Positions 18,305 through 29,358 are shown, counted from the stretch's first letter. The stretch is 64,000 bases of DNA from an uncultured Candidatus Rokubacteria bacterium (GCA_963789955.1 CAWBMV010000003.1:96001-160000), one strand, 5' to 3'. Program-made: numbers and translations. Notes: generated from the sequence alone by a model not told the origin.

Positions 18305-20164
18305 TCACGACGCAGCCGGATCGTTCGGCCGCCGTGAAACGGGACGCAGGCGCGCCTTGAGACGATTCGGCAGGGCCATCGCCGCGAGCCGATAGGCGAC
18401 CCTGCGCAACGAAAGCGGCTCGTCGAGAAGGGCGTGAAGCAGTCTGAATGTTCTCGAATTGCGGATAGCGGCGAGCTCTTCAGTGCGGACGAGTAGCTGT
18501 TGGCTGAGTGCCGCGAGCTCCTGGCCGCGCGTGTAGTTTTCGGCGCCGAGCGTTTGAAGCGTTCGCTCAGTCTCGGATGTTTCTCGGGCGAAATCGACTG
18601 ACGTATCGAACTGGCACAGACTGCTAACGGGCGGGATAGGCTCGTGCGAGCAGACTGCGACGAATGCGAGCGGCGGGGCGGGGACAGGCGCGTCTGTGAC
18701 CGAGGAGAGCACGAGCTGCTTGCGTGGCGGTATCGGCTCGTCACCGATCAGCACGCTTGGGTATACCCACTGCCGAAGCATCAGGACGTGACCGAAGAAG
18801 GGTCGTAGGAGCTCGAGAAACTCATCCTCGTTCATCTCGCGCAGATGATACGGATTCTCCCCGTAGTGGGGCGTCACGCGCGGGTTGGGGGTCGAGATGA
18901 CGAGCTTGCCGTCGCGTGTGAGGAGGCTCGCGATGCTTCGAATGGCGGCGACCTGGGTGTCGTGATCCACGTGTTCGATCATCTCGAAGCACGTCACCAG
19001 ATCGAACGATTGGGCAGACAGCCCGCGGCCGAGGTCCGAGCGCTGCTCGAAATGCAAGCGCGGGTGTCGATGCGCGTCGCGAGCCCACTGGATGGCCGCC
19101 GGATCGATGTCCAGCCCAGTCACGGATTCGGCGACGCCCGCGAGTGCGGCGGCGCCATACCCGGTGCCGCAACCGAAGTCGAGCACATGCGCGCCAACGG
19201 CGAATCCCTTTGCGAACGCGTAACGAGGGAGATGCTCGTACTCGGTGAGCTTTGACCACGTTCCAGGCACGTAACGCTCGTGCATGAACTCCATGAAGTT
19301 ACTGCCGCGCGCTTCGCAGAGGATTCCGGCGAACTGGCTGAGCCCGTCGTTCAGTGGGGAGTGTTCGTCGTCGAAACGCGCGAGTCGAGCGGACGGCAGA
19401 AGATGCGCGCCTGAGGCGCTCACGTCGGTAAACCCCAGGCGACGCAAGAGGATCTGCAGTGATTCGGCCGAGTAGTAGATCAGGTGAGAGGGTGGATGAC
19501 GGTACGTCCATCTCGCCGGGTCGGCCACCGCTTCCGCGCTTCGTGCGTTGGGAGTCGATAGGACGACGAGCGTGTCGGGGCCGATTGCTCCCTTGCTGAA
19601 CAGCCTGAAGAAGACCTCGTACGGATTCTTGAGGTGCTCGATGATATCGAGCATCAGAACGAGGGTGAATCGATGCGGAATGAGGTCCTCGGCCTTGTCC
19701 AGGAGCGCGATTCGCTCGCCATGGCGCTCGCGCGCGATGCGCCGCGCGTGTGCCGAGGGCTCGATGCCGAAGCATCTCCAACCCCGGTCCGCCGCTAGCC
19801 GGAGGTGCGTGCCATACCCACAGCCGACATCGAGCACCGACAGCCCCGGGCCCCGCTGCGCGAATCGATCAAGAATGTTTGTGACCAGAGGGATCGAGGG
19901 CTCTGTTTGTGCGTCGTAGCTTTGATAGCCACCTCTCTCCCCGCCCTCGAACCACGCCTCGCGATCGTAAAGTTCCTTCAAAGTGTCGTCGGCCGGCATC
20001 GGCCAAACGAAGTCGGTGGCGGATGCTGGGCAGCGCCAGATGCGGAAACCATCGACCTCACACAAGGGTTGCACATCGCCCGAATTCGAGACCGGACATG
20101 CGGGGAGGGGCGCGGCATCCCCAGCCGTTGCCGGTGGCCTGGGGGCGCCGTCTTCAGGGCACAA
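18305..20164 (-). CDS. Tandem class I SAM methyltransferase with C-terminal coiled coil
   Basis: VLDVGCGYG and VLDFGCGTGYG domains. C-terminal helical ELAALSQQLLVRTEELAAIRNSRTFRL. Confidence 0.85.
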   Translation of the reverse strand: MCPEDGAPRPPATAGDAAPLPACPVSNSGDVQPLCEVDGFRIWRCPASATDFVWPMPADDTLKELYDREAWFEGGERGGYQSYDAQTEPSIPLVTNILDRFAQRGPGLSVLDVGCGYGTHLRLAADRGWRCFGIEPSAHARRIARERHGERIALLDKAEDLIPHRFTLVLMLDIIEHLKNPYEVFFRLFSKGAIGPDTLVVLSTPNARSAEAVADPARWTYRHPPSHLIYYSAESLQILLRRLGFTDVSASGAHLLPSARLARFDDEHSPLNDGLSQFAGILCEARGSNFMEFMHERYVPGTWSKLTEYEHLPRYAFAKGFAVGAHVLDFGCGTGYGAAALAGVAESVTGLDIDPAAIQWARDAHRHPRLHFEQRSDLGRGLSAQSFDLVTCFEMIEHVDHDTQVAAIRSIASLLTRDGKLVISTPNPRVTPHYGENPYHLREMNEDEFLELLRPFFGHVLMLRQWVYPSVLIGDEPIPPRKQLVLSSVTDAPVPAPPLAFVAVCSHEPIPPVSSLCQFDTSVDFARETSETERTLQTLGAENYTRGQELAALSQQLLVRTEELAAIRNSRTFRLLHALLDEPLSLRRVAYRLAAMALPNRLKARLRPVSRRPNDPAAS

Positions 20165-20886
20165 GGCGATGTTCGGGGCGCGGAACTGTATCGGTCGCCT
20201 TCCGGACGATGCAGTGCCGAATTGATGGTCTCATCTGGGTCGGGGATCTTGCGGTCCAGCCAAAGCGCGAGTCGGTTGACGAGCCGATAGATCCAGCCGC
20301 GGCCACGCCCTTGCTCGGCGAGATGGCTGTTCAGAATCTGGCCCATCAACGCGTAAACACCGCCGCACGGCGAGATGATCTCCACCGTGAGTCCGCACCG
20401 GGACGCCAACTCCGACAAGCCATAACGCGTGAATCGCCAGTAGTCGTACGGCGCTTCGTGAATCCGCCACTGCATGGGGGCCGTCATGATCAGGACTCCC
20501 CCAGGTCGCAACAGTCGCTCACACTCCCGCAAATAGAACTGAAAGTCGAAGACGTGCTCGAGCGTCTGCGTCGCGAGGATCGTGTCCACGCTTGCATCCT
20601 CGAGAGGAACGGGCTCGCCCGGGGCGATCTCGATGTCGAGTTTCGTATCTTTGGCGGCGGCGACGTCGGCGCCAATGTAGCGACTGATGTGCGGGCTGAA
20701 CAGCTCTCGATAGGGTTGGGCGCCGCAGCCAAAGTCCAGCATGACCCCGTGTGCCTGGGGAAGAGCAACGTCCCGAAGCCAACGATGGAAAATGCTGAGG
20801 ACGATGTAGTGATGGCTCGTCGGATCGACGTGGATCGATTTGATCCGAGAGACCCCCCGCAAGGCGACTCTGATGTCGCTGGACAC
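20154..20886 (-). CDS. Class I SAM methyltransferase (apparent +1 indel near 20218)
   Basis: MLDFGCGAQPY, TQTLEHV, HEAPYDYWRFT. Removing one base gives INWHCIVRK..LVP-stop at 20154. Confidence 0.8.
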
Positions 20887-20890
20887 CTGA

Positions 20891-22110
20891 CTAGCCGGCG
20901 CGCGGATGCGTGGGGATCCATGTGCACGGATGGAGGATCTTCCCCAGACAGGAAAATCTGACCGGACCGAGAAGGGCAGCATCACATCGGACAACGCGTA
21001 ACAGATGGCGAGATCGTCCGAGTACGCCGCGAACGCGGCCACATAGTCTCCGGGGGCAAGGCAACCCGGATCGAGGATCACGCACCCACGTTGAACGCCG
21101 TCGACCTGAGGCGGCGGCCAGAACACATTTGCCTCGCGGCTCGTCTGGCCAACGATCCAGTCCCCATCGGAGCGATAAATGCTCACGGCGAAGACGGTCC
21201 GCTCGATTGCGGTCGACGTCTGGAGTGCGAAGCGGAACTCGATAGGCTCACCGACGCGGTACACTGGCTTCGCGTCTGGAGACCAGCCGTGCAACCTGAC
21301 ATCGATGAACTTTGCCATCCCCGTTTCGTGCTGCGGAATGACCGCGGCCCTGGCGCCAGCACCGCTCGGCATACCGATCATGGCCACATAGTACTCCTGG
21401 CACACCGTCGTGGGATCGCCAACGCTAAGGATTTCGCCCTTGTCGAGCCACGCGACGCGATCGCAGATCATCTGCAGTGTGCTCAGGTCGTGCGATACGA
21501 ACAGCAGCGTCGTGCCCTTCTGGCGTAGCTCTCGGAGCTTGAGCATGCATTTGTTCCGAAAGGCGATGTCGCCGACACTCAGCGCTTCGTCGAGTACCAG
21601 GATGCGCGGTTCGACGTGAACCGCGACCGCGAATGCCAGTCGGACGAACATGCCGCTCGAGTAGACCTTGACGGGTTGCTCGAGGAAGTCGCCAATGTCA
21701 GCGAACGCCGCGATCTCGTCGTATCGGTCGGCGATCTCGCGTCGGCTCACGCCGAGAATGGACGCGTTGATGTGCACGTTCTCTCGGCCAGTAAACTCAG
21801 GATTAAAGCCAGCGCCGAGCTCGAGAAGCCCCGCCACTCGCCCATCGACCTGGATAGTTCCGAGCGTCGGAGCGAGGGTTCCGCAGACGATCTGCAGCAA
21901 GGTGGATTTCCCCGATCCGTTCCGGCCGACGATTCCCAGCGTCTCGCCCTCGCCGACAGTGAGGGACACATCGCGTAGTGCCCAGAACTCGCGAAAGAAG
22001 GACCTTCTGCCACGCCACAACGACTGCTTGAGTCTGTCGATCGGACGATCATAGATGTGGTAGCACTTGCCGACCTTGTCGACCCGAATGACGGGATTGT
22101 CAGAGGACAT
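20891..22110 (-). CDS. wzt: Polysaccharide ABC exporter ATPase with C-terminal carbohydrate-binding domain (indel near 20945)
   Basis: GRNGSGKST, YSSGMFVRLAFA, LDEALSVGD and an Ig-like Wzt_C. One missing G in a homopolymer fuses it to the next gene in the ORF track. Confidence 0.9.
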
Positions 22111-22903
22111 CGGCGAAGCCTCGACGCGTTCTCTGAAACCATACGAAGCCGAGCCACGCGATGGCGATGCTGCACAGTGTATAGACGAGGAGTCCCGGCC
22201 AGTCCGGAAGCTTTCCCCAGATCAACACGTCACGCGTCTGCTCGATCACGAACGTCAGGGGATTCAGATACACCAGCGGCCGGTAGACCGGAGGGAGCGC
22301 CGAAACCGGGTAGAACACCGGCGACAGGAACATGAGGACACTCACGGCGATGCCGACCGTGTGGCCCAGGTCGCGTACGAAGACTGACGTCGAGGCGAGG
22401 AACCAGGAAAGGCCCATGGTCAGCATGATCAGTGGAAAAAATACCAAGGGCAAGAGTGTCACGGTCCAGTGAAGGGGCAGTTGAACTACCACACCGAAAA
22501 CAAAAAGTACCGCGAAGCTCACCAGAGCGTGAAAGAGAGCGGAGCCCATCGTCACCCAGGGAAGAATCTCCAGGGGGAAAATCACCCTCTTCACGAAGTT
22601 CACGTTGCCAAGAATCAGGAGCGGTGCGCGGATGACGCACTCGGCGAAGAGTCCGTGCACGATCAGCCCTGCGAACAGAAAGATCGCAAATTCGGCGCTC
22701 GTCCCGGTGCGTTGCTCCCAGCGCGCCCTGAACACGGTACCGAACACGAAGGTGTAGACCAAGAGCATCAAGAGAGGGTTGAAGAACGACCACAGTAGAC
22801 CCAGGGCGGACCCCCGGTAACGACCGATCACTTCGCGCTTGGCCAGTTGCCACACCAGCTCGCGATGGCGCCAGGCGCTGGAGACGATCGTCGGTAGTGG
22901 CAT
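22100..22903 (-). CDS. wzm: Polysaccharide ABC exporter permease
   Basis: RYRGSALGLLWSFFNPLLMLLVYTFVF, PVFYP, LNPL, FADVL. Confidence 0.92.
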   Translation of the reverse strand: MPLPTIVSSAWRHRELVWQLAKREVIGRYRGSALGLLWSFFNPLLMLLVYTFVFGTVFRARWEQRTGTSAEFAIFLFAGLIVHGLFAECVIRAPLLILGNVNFVKRVIFPLEILPWVTMGSALFHALVSFAVLFVFGVVVQLPLHWTVTLLPLVFFPLIMLTMGLSWFLASTSVFVRDLGHTVGIAVSVLMFLSPVFYPVSALPPVYRPLVYLNPLTFVIEQTRDVLIWGKLPDWPGLLVYTLCSIAIAWLGFVWFQRTRRGFADVL

Positions 22904-23335
22904 GGCGCCAGCTCGCCCGGATCAGGCGCCGGATCCAATGGGCCGCCCGGTACCCGTCGCGTGGCCGGAGGTGAGAATGACGTGCCGCCGCGGCGCTGCG
23001 TTTTTCTTCACGAATTCCATAGTATTTTACTTCGGGATAACGCCGGCGTGCCAGACTGCAAAGCACCTCCACCTAAGGCACCCGCTTCCGACGTTCTCTG
23101 CCTTGGCTCTTGGCCGTGCTCTGACTCGTCTATATCGCGTCGGCGATCTGGCAGCACGTACAGATGAGCGAGCAGCTCGACTCGCTTTCTCTGCCAGTGC
23201 CGGCGAATGCCTTGCCCAAGAGAATCGCATTCGGAATCTATCGATCGGAATCGGGCCGAGCGGACACGCTGGCGGCCGACGGCGGCAAGCGAGACTGGGA
23301 CAATCGACGGGTGATCGTACCGGTCGGCGACTGAC

Positions 23336-25036
23336 CTAGGTCGCCAGGCGGCCGATCAAAGCCAGATATTGCTCGGCGTAGCCGCGCGAATCGTGATCGC
23401 GCGTGATTTTCTCCCGCGCAGCTTGCGCCATCGAGCCGTGCTCCTTGTCCGAGAGGCCGAGGAGCTTGTGCAATCCCTCCACGGCGCTGCGAAGCGAATT
23501 CGGCTCGATCAGAAGGCCGCTCGCTCCATCGTCGACGAGCTCAGGAATCCCGAACACGCGCGACGCCAATACCGGCAGGCCGAACGCCATGGCCTCGAGC
23601 ATGGAGCGTGGCATCGACTCGAGCGCGGACAGCAGCACGAAGCCATCGGCCAGGGCGTACCAGGGGTACGGGTCCGGCGCCACCGGGACAACACGAATCG
23701 CTCGGCCGAGCCCCTTCGCTGCGAGGTACTGATGAAGCGCCGTGGAATAGCTTGAGGGATAGTCGCCGACCAGCAGCAATTCGGCGTCGCGGTGATCCGT
23801 CACGATCTCGGCAAAGGCTTGGGCGAGGAAGATCTGCTGCTTGCGTCGCTCGACCGTTCCCATGCACAGGAGCGCCCGTGATCTCGGCGAGATCTCGAGG
23901 CTGGCGCGAGCCTCGCCTCGATCAAACGTCTGCAAGAAGCGATCGATCGTCGAGACATCGATGCCGTAGGGAATCTTCAGAAATCTGTCCTCGCGTCCGT
24001 ACGCGAGAAACATCTGACGTGTGGCCTCGGCTTCGAAAATGACGGCTGAACAGCGGCTCAGCGCCGTCTTGATGCGCGCGAGAAGAAATTCGCTCCCCGG
24101 CCGTTCTTGAGTGTAGAAGCCCGACCACGTGGACAGCGGAAAGCTCTCGTGGATGGCCCAGAGGCTCGGCAGCCGGACGTCGTGGGCGGCGTTGACCGCA
24201 TAGAAGCCGGACAGCGTGTTCGCCAGGACACAATCGAACTGCTGCCGCTGTAACCAGGTACCGAGTGCCTGCGTCGCCTGGTCATGGCGATCGACATGCG
24301 TCCTCGAAGGCTCCGGGACGATCTCAACGGTGAACCCGAGCGATGTCAGCTCGTGATGCAGGGGGCCATCGGACGGGGAGCAAACGACGCAGTCAACCTT
24401 CGCTCGCGCCGCGAACTGGCGGAGTAGCTCCTGCAGATAGAGCTGCCCGCCTCCGTAGCCGAGATCATGGGCAAAGCACGCGATTCTGATCTTCCTCTCG
24501 GCGCGACGAGTCGCGGGTGGAGGCGCGCTGCGGGGTGAGGAGGCACTCGAGTCGATATTCGTGTCGGCTCTCAATGGCAATGGGCGTGCGGGAAATGCGT
24601 GGACTTCTCCGGACATGAGATGAACGGTAAAGCCGACGTCCATCGTGTCGGCGGCCGGGAGCTGTCTGGGATCTATATTGATATGAAATCCGCAAATCCG
24701 AGCCTCTGGGAGGTCGGCCTCGATATCCGCACGCGGCATGCACAGTGCCGCGTACCCGATCGCTCTTCCGTCGATGAAGATCTCGACCCGATCGATCCGG
24801 CCAGAGCGACTCAACGCCCAGCCGGAAATGCCGCCGGTGGCGCGGCTGATGGCATCGAGGGGCAAATCGATGGTGCCCACCACCTCGCCGCCGGCGGCGA
24901 AAGCGTCGGTGCGCCGGACAATTCGCGCCCAGCGTCGAATGGAGAACAAACGCCGGAGAAATACCGCCCAGCCTTCGTGGCGAATCATGCTGACGGCGCG
25001 CGAAGCCAACGATTTCAAGCTGGACACCGTTCGCAT
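23336..25036 (-). CDS. GT4 glycosyltransferase with N-terminal Ig-like domain
   Basis: ISGWALS..VEIFIDG N-domain, HDLGYGGGQLYL, ESMPRSMLEAMAFG. Confidence 0.82.
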   Translation of the reverse strand: MRTVSSLKSLASRAVSMIRHEGWAVFLRRLFSIRRWARIVRRTDAFAAGGEVVGTIDLPLDAISRATGGISGWALSRSGRIDRVEIFIDGRAIGYAALCMPRADIEADLPEARICGFHINIDPRQLPAADTMDVGFTVHLMSGEVHAFPARPLPLRADTNIDSSASSPRSAPPPATRRAERKIRIACFAHDLGYGGGQLYLQELLRQFAARAKVDCVVCSPSDGPLHHELTSLGFTVEIVPEPSRTHVDRHDQATQALGTWLQRQQFDCVLANTLSGFYAVNAAHDVRLPSLWAIHESFPLSTWSGFYTQERPGSEFLLARIKTALSRCSAVIFEAEATRQMFLAYGREDRFLKIPYGIDVSTIDRFLQTFDRGEARASLEISPRSRALLCMGTVERRKQQIFLAQAFAEIVTDHRDAELLLVGDYPSSYSTALHQYLAAKGLGRAIRVVPVAPDPYPWYALADGFVLLSALESMPRSMLEAMAFGLPVLASRVFGIPELVDDGASGLLIEPNSLRSAVEGLHKLLGLSDKEHGSMAQAAREKITRDHDSRGYAEQYLALIGRLAT

Positions 25037-25100
25037 CCGGTGCTGATGGTAACCTAACGATGACTTTTGCCGAATGGCGACGGCAGCGCCCAGCGCCGTA

Positions 25101-25946
25101 ATGTTTTCGACGCGAACCAAGATCTCTCTCGCGCGCGCGATGTCTGCGCTGGTTCTTCTAACTCGTCGCCTCTTCGGACGCGGAGCCCAGGCCGACGTCG
25201 CACGGCGCGGGATCCACTGGATGCTCGACCTGCGCGAGGGGATCGATTTCGCCATCTGGGTCTTCGGCAAGTTCGAGGGGTCCACGGCGCGAGCGTACGA
25301 GAAGCTGGTCCAGCCGGGACATTCGGTCGTGGACATCGGTGCCAATATGGGTGCCCACGCACTCCCGCTCGCCCGCCTGGTCGGTCCCAACGGGCGTGTC
25401 ATCTGCTTCGAGCCAACGGATTTCGCGTTTCGAAAACTCGCCGCCAACGTTCGACTCAACCCCGATCTCGCCGCGCGCATGACCCTCGTGCAGGCGATGC
25501 TCCTCGGCGCCGCGAACGGCGCTGTCCCCGAGACGCTATTCTCGGGCCGATGACGACCCGAGGGGCGCGTGCGACGACCCTCGACGCGGCGCTCGCAGAG
25601 GCGGGAGGGGATCGTGTGGATTTCGTGAAAATGGGACGTGGATGGGTACGAGTGCGGTGTGCTGCGGGGCGCCGAGAGGATGCTGCGGCAGCGTCCGCCG
25701 ATTCTCATGGAGCTGGCGCCGTACGTCCTCGACGAGACGGGCGCGAGCATCGAAGAGTTGGTCGGGATACTCGGCAACGCGGGCTACACGCTCGCGAAGC
25801 TAGGATCGGGCCGGCGCATCCGGCTCGACGGAAAGGCGATCCGTGGGCTCGTGCCGATCGGTTCCTCGATCAACGTCCTGGCAAGATTCAGCGGCCCCCC
25901 TTCTCCAGCACGAGGAAGCAACGCGTGTGTTCTTGCCCCCGGCTGA
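25101..25946 (+). pseudogene. FkbM-family methyltransferase, disrupted
   Basis: VVDIGANMGAH, FEPT, and DFVKM/DVDGYE split over three frames, with an apparent internal deletion near 25545. Confidence 0.78.
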
Positions 25947-26126
25947 CGAGCAGGGCCGCGCGATGACCTGCCAGGTGCCCGACTCGTCGGTGATCTGGTC
26001 CCCGACCTGGAGCTGCATCGGCAGGACACGAACGGTGCCCGGTGGTTCGCGCGGGGGCATCCCAGGCAACGGAGGTTGGACCGGCTTGGCCTTCTGGCGC
26101 TTCCTCTTGGGAGGCGATTTGGCCAT
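25920..26126 (-). pseudogene. Fragment of a small hypothetical protein
   Basis: RVLPMQLQVGDQITDESGTWQVIARP..AGGKNTRV reads as a real beta-rich domain, then runs into the FkbM 3' end. Confidence 0.4.
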
Positions 26127-26374
26127 ACAGCCAGTGTCGCGCGAGACGAGAAGTCCAAAGTGATTCTTTGGCCGGGACCGTTCGTGTGGAACCCTAATAG
26201 GTACCGAATCCCCTGGGGGTTGGCGGATCAGCTGTTAAGCAATCTCTCCTGTTGCTGATAGTGCTCGGTATCACCGCACGGTCTCACGAGTGGGAACGCC
26301 GCAAGGGCGAGACTCGAGAGTCCGAGGGTCACGGCTGCCCAAGTCATCGAGGACTTCCTCTCGCGACGCCGAGC

Positions 26375-26545
26375 CACGTTCGGAGCTGGCCATTTCTATC
26401 TGACTGTTGACTGCGCGGGCGAGGACCCGAATTCGTTCCGGCGTGACTGCCCCGCGAAATTTTGCCAGCAGGGCGCCCTCGAGCCTCTCGCGTCGGTACC
26501 CCGTGCGGTGCGAACAGGCGCCGGGGCCTTGGCGCGAGCGAAACC
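26375..26545 (-). pseudogene. Large serine recombinase fragment (end of zinc ribbon, start of coiled coil)
   Basis: SRQGPGACSHRTGYRRERLEGALLAKFRGAVTPERIRVLARAVN. No catalytic domain. Confidence 0.5.
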
Positions 26546-26608
26546 GCACCGGTACCAACCATAGCGGTAGACCCAGCGCCTTGACAGAACTCGGTCTCAG
26601 ACAGCGGC

Positions 26609-27637
26609 TTGACGCCGTGTAAAATGTCACTCCCGAAGATGAGCCTCGCTAGCTGGTTTCGCACCCTAAAGACGATTGCTGCACAGGAACTTGCATCATC
26701 GGGCTCCGATCTGCGCGGCATCCTCGGTATCATCGCGCGTCTTACCCGCCTCGAGACAAGCATCACGAAGTTACAAAAATACGGCACGCCCTACGCTAGC
26801 ACTGGGCCAGTTCTGCTGCCGGTCGGCATTCCAGCTGACTTCATCGACGAGAACTATGTCTCGACTCATGACTGGTGGCGCGAAGCACATCACGACTGGT
26901 GGCGCGGGCAGGACCTCGACTTCAGCGCCCTGATGCGGCGTGACCCAGCGCCGCTGCCGGAATGTTCAAACCGCGAGGATTACTTCGGTGACAACCATCT
27001 CGCATACTGGCTCAGCGGGTATCGAGATTATCGGAAAACGCTCGCCGCGCTCCCCGATGGTCTTGTCGGCGGCAGATATTTCGACTTCGGCGGATCGACC
27101 GGGCGTGTGTTCCGGCACTTCGCGTTTCAAAGCGACGCGTGGGATGTCTGGTCGTCCGACTTCAAGATCAACTCCGTTGAGTGGAACCTTAGGCATTTCC
27201 CGACGACGATCAAAACTCTACTCAACACCAGCAGCCCGTCGCTACCGCTGCCCGACGGCTATTTCAATCTAGTGACCGCGTTCTCGGTATTCACCCACAT
27301 CAACGAGCCCGAGATCGCTTGGCTGCTCGAACTCCGGCGCATCTTGAAGGTCGGCGGCATCGCCTGCATTTCTATCCACGATGAGGCGACTTGGCAAAAT
27401 CGGGCGCCGCAACTCCAGGATGTCATGTTAAGGTTCCGCCCAGAGATCGCCAATCTCCCCGCGTTCCCAGAACAGAAGACGGTGGTGACCTTCCGGGAAG
27501 ACGATCCCTACAACTGTCATGTCTTTCACTCCCGAGAGCACATCGAGCGGGTATGGGGACGATTTTTTGAGATCTGTGCTGTGAAATCGCTTTATCTAGA
27601 CGCGCAGGCGCTGGTTGTCTGCCGACGTCCAAGCTAA
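26609..27637 (+). CDS. Class I SAM methyltransferase (start uncertain)
   Basis: YFDFGGSTGRVFRH, VTAFSVFTHI, WLLELRRILKVGG. Confidence 0.85.
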   Translation: MTPCKMSLPKMSLASWFRTLKTIAAQELASSGSDLRGILGIIARLTRLETSITKLQKYGTPYASTGPVLLPVGIPADFIDENYVSTHDWWREAHHDWWRGQDLDFSALMRRDPAPLPECSNREDYFGDNHLAYWLSGYRDYRKTLAALPDGLVGGRYFDFGGSTGRVFRHFAFQSDAWDVWSSDFKINSVEWNLRHFPTTIKTLLNTSSPSLPLPDGYFNLVTAFSVFTHINEPEIAWLLELRRILKVGGIACISIHDEATWQNRAPQLQDVMLRFRPEIANLPAFPEQKTVVTFREDDPYNCHVFHSREHIERVWGRFFEICAVKSLYLDAQALVVCRRPS

Positions 27638-27691
27638 AGTGGGATCATCCCACACTGTTCCAGCTGAAAGTGTTTTCGATCGTGAATCACG

Positions 27692-27790
27692 GAGCAGCAC
27701 GACGGTGCCAAGTGCGTGTTCCCGAGCCCGAACGGGAAGCCCTACAACCGGGCCCACATCAGCTGGGTCTGGCGCAAGGCGGCGAAGGCT
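27692..27790 (+). pseudogene. Tyrosine-recombinase-like internal fragment
   Basis: Hand translation EQHDGAKCVFPSPNGKPYNRAHISWVWRKAAKA resembles the segment preceding the HxxRH box. Confidence 0.45.
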
Positions 27791-27960
27791 CTCTTGCGTC
27801 GCGAGGGTCAGAAGTATCTGACCGCCGAAGCCACTTGAGAGCACGCGCGAGATTCGATTGAAGATTCGATTCGACGCGTACTGACCGTCTTCCGGCCGGG
27901 CTTCGCCAGTGTGCAGAGCCATCCGGACACCGAGCGGGCCGGTCGCACCCCACTCACTGG
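27790..27960 (-). pseudogene. Class III adenylate/guanylate cyclase fragment
   Basis: WGATGPLGVRMALHTGEA..FNRISRVLSSGFGGQILLT. Confidence 0.7.
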
Positions 27961-28178
27961 CGCGCAGCGCCCGCATCGCGAATGTCCGCCGGCATATGGG
28001 TGAAGAGGCGCGTTCGCTCATGTAACCGCGTGAGGATCCACGACGTATCACCCTTCGGGCCGAAGAATTCGCGGCGCATGTTGTTGTCCACGCCGAGTAC
28101 GGCGTAGCCCTGCGCGTCGAGCCAGACGACCGCCTCCGAACCAATCAGACCACTGGATCCGGTGATGAGAATCTTCAT
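27954..28178 (-). pseudogene. 5' fragment of an NAD-dependent epimerase (CDP-sugar epimerase-like)
   Basis: MKILITGSSGLIGSE..GVDNNMRREFFGPKGDTSW..DIRD, then an early stop. Confidence 0.75.
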
Positions 28179-28422
28179 CCGCGCTCCATTGCATTCACCT
28201 GCTCGGTGCGCCTCGGATCGTAGCAGGTGAAGGCCTCTGGCGAACCCGGTGAAGCAGCGCCCGCACCCAAAAGTGTGCCGCGGATCGTAACCCTCGGCAA
28301 TGTTCGCGCGCGCGGCGCCCCATCGCAAATGCGCCCCTCGCGCGACACCGGCCAACCCCGGCAGACCGTTCATACTAGCCTGGACGTGGAGTGAGATAGA
28401 TTACTCGAGCTAAAGGGCGGCT

Positions 28423-29358
28423 ATGAGAACAGCTTGCCATGAGGTGAGGCCTAGCGGATCTGTGCCGGGCGTGGGAATCGTCGTCCTGCATTGGGGAGCG
28501 CGAGAAGCGACCGACGCGTGTCTCGAATCGATCCGAAGCGCTGAATACCCGTCAGTCCGCGTGTTCGTGGTCGACAACGCGCGCTCGCTGGACGCGACCA
28601 TCACAGATCGGGCCACCCCCATGGCGATCGAGATCCTCCGCCCACCGCGCAACCTCGGGTTCGCCGAGGGGTGCGGGTGGGGGATTGCGGCCGCCCTGGA
28701 GGCAAACGTTGACTACGTCTTCCTCCTGAACAACGACGCCGTCGTCAATCGTCACTGCCTCGAGACGCTCGTTGCGGCCGCTCGGCGCACGCCCGGCGCC
28801 GGGATTCTCTCGCCCCAGATTGCCTTCCAGGAGGCGCCCGACCAGGTCTGGTATCGCGGAGGCGAATTCTCGCTGTGGGGTCGCGGGCCACGCCATACCG
28901 ACTGGCGCCGCCGGGTCGAAACAGCGCGCCCGCCGACCGACGTCGATTATGCGACCGGATGCGCCATGCTCATCGACCCGGCCGTGATCCGTACGGTGGG
29001 CACATTTGATGCGCGCTTGTTCGCATACTGTGAAGACGTCGACTTCTCGCTACGCGCGCGTCGAGCTGGGTTTCGGGTCCTCGTGGTCCCGGCTGCCCTG
29101 GTCTATCACGGCACGACGTACACCGATGCTCGTCGGGCTCAGCGCGTGTACTACAGCGTCCGGAACCTCCTCGCGGTGATGCGGAAGCACGCTCGCTGGT
29201 ACCACTGGGTCGGCTTCGTCCCGGCGTTCGCCGTCCAGTGGGTCGGCTTCTTCGTGCTTCTTGCGTGTCGGCATCGCCAATGGAGTCTCGCCTGGGCGGT
29301 GGGCCGCGGCCTCCTGGACGGAGCCCGTGGGCGTCTCGGCGCGCTCGAGGAGCGCTAG
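28423..29358 (+). CDS. GT2 glycosyltransferase (rhamnosyltransferase-like)
   Basis: VVDNA, NLGFAEG, LLNNDA, FAYCEDVDFSLR. Confidence 0.88.
   Translation: MRTACHEVRPSGSVPGVGIVVLHWGAREATDACLESIRSAEYPSVRVFVVDNARSLDATITDRATPMAIEILRPPRNLGFAEGCGWGIAAALEANVDYVFLLNNDAVVNRHCLETLVAAARRTPGAGILSPQIAFQEAPDQVWYRGGEFSLWGRGPRHTDWRRRVETARPPTDVDYATGCAMLIDPAVIRTVGTFDARLFAYCEDVDFSLRARRAGFRVLVVPAALVYHGTTYTDARRAQRVYYSVRNLLAVMRKHARWYHWVGFVPAFAVQWVGFFVLLACRHRQWSLAWAVGRGLLDGARGRLGALEER

Noticed and set aside
19978..22110. Apparent Wzt-methyltransferase fusion (710 aa ORF)
   Set aside because: One missing G near 20945 and one extra base near 20218 explain it. Corrected frames give two normal genes with their own stop and start.
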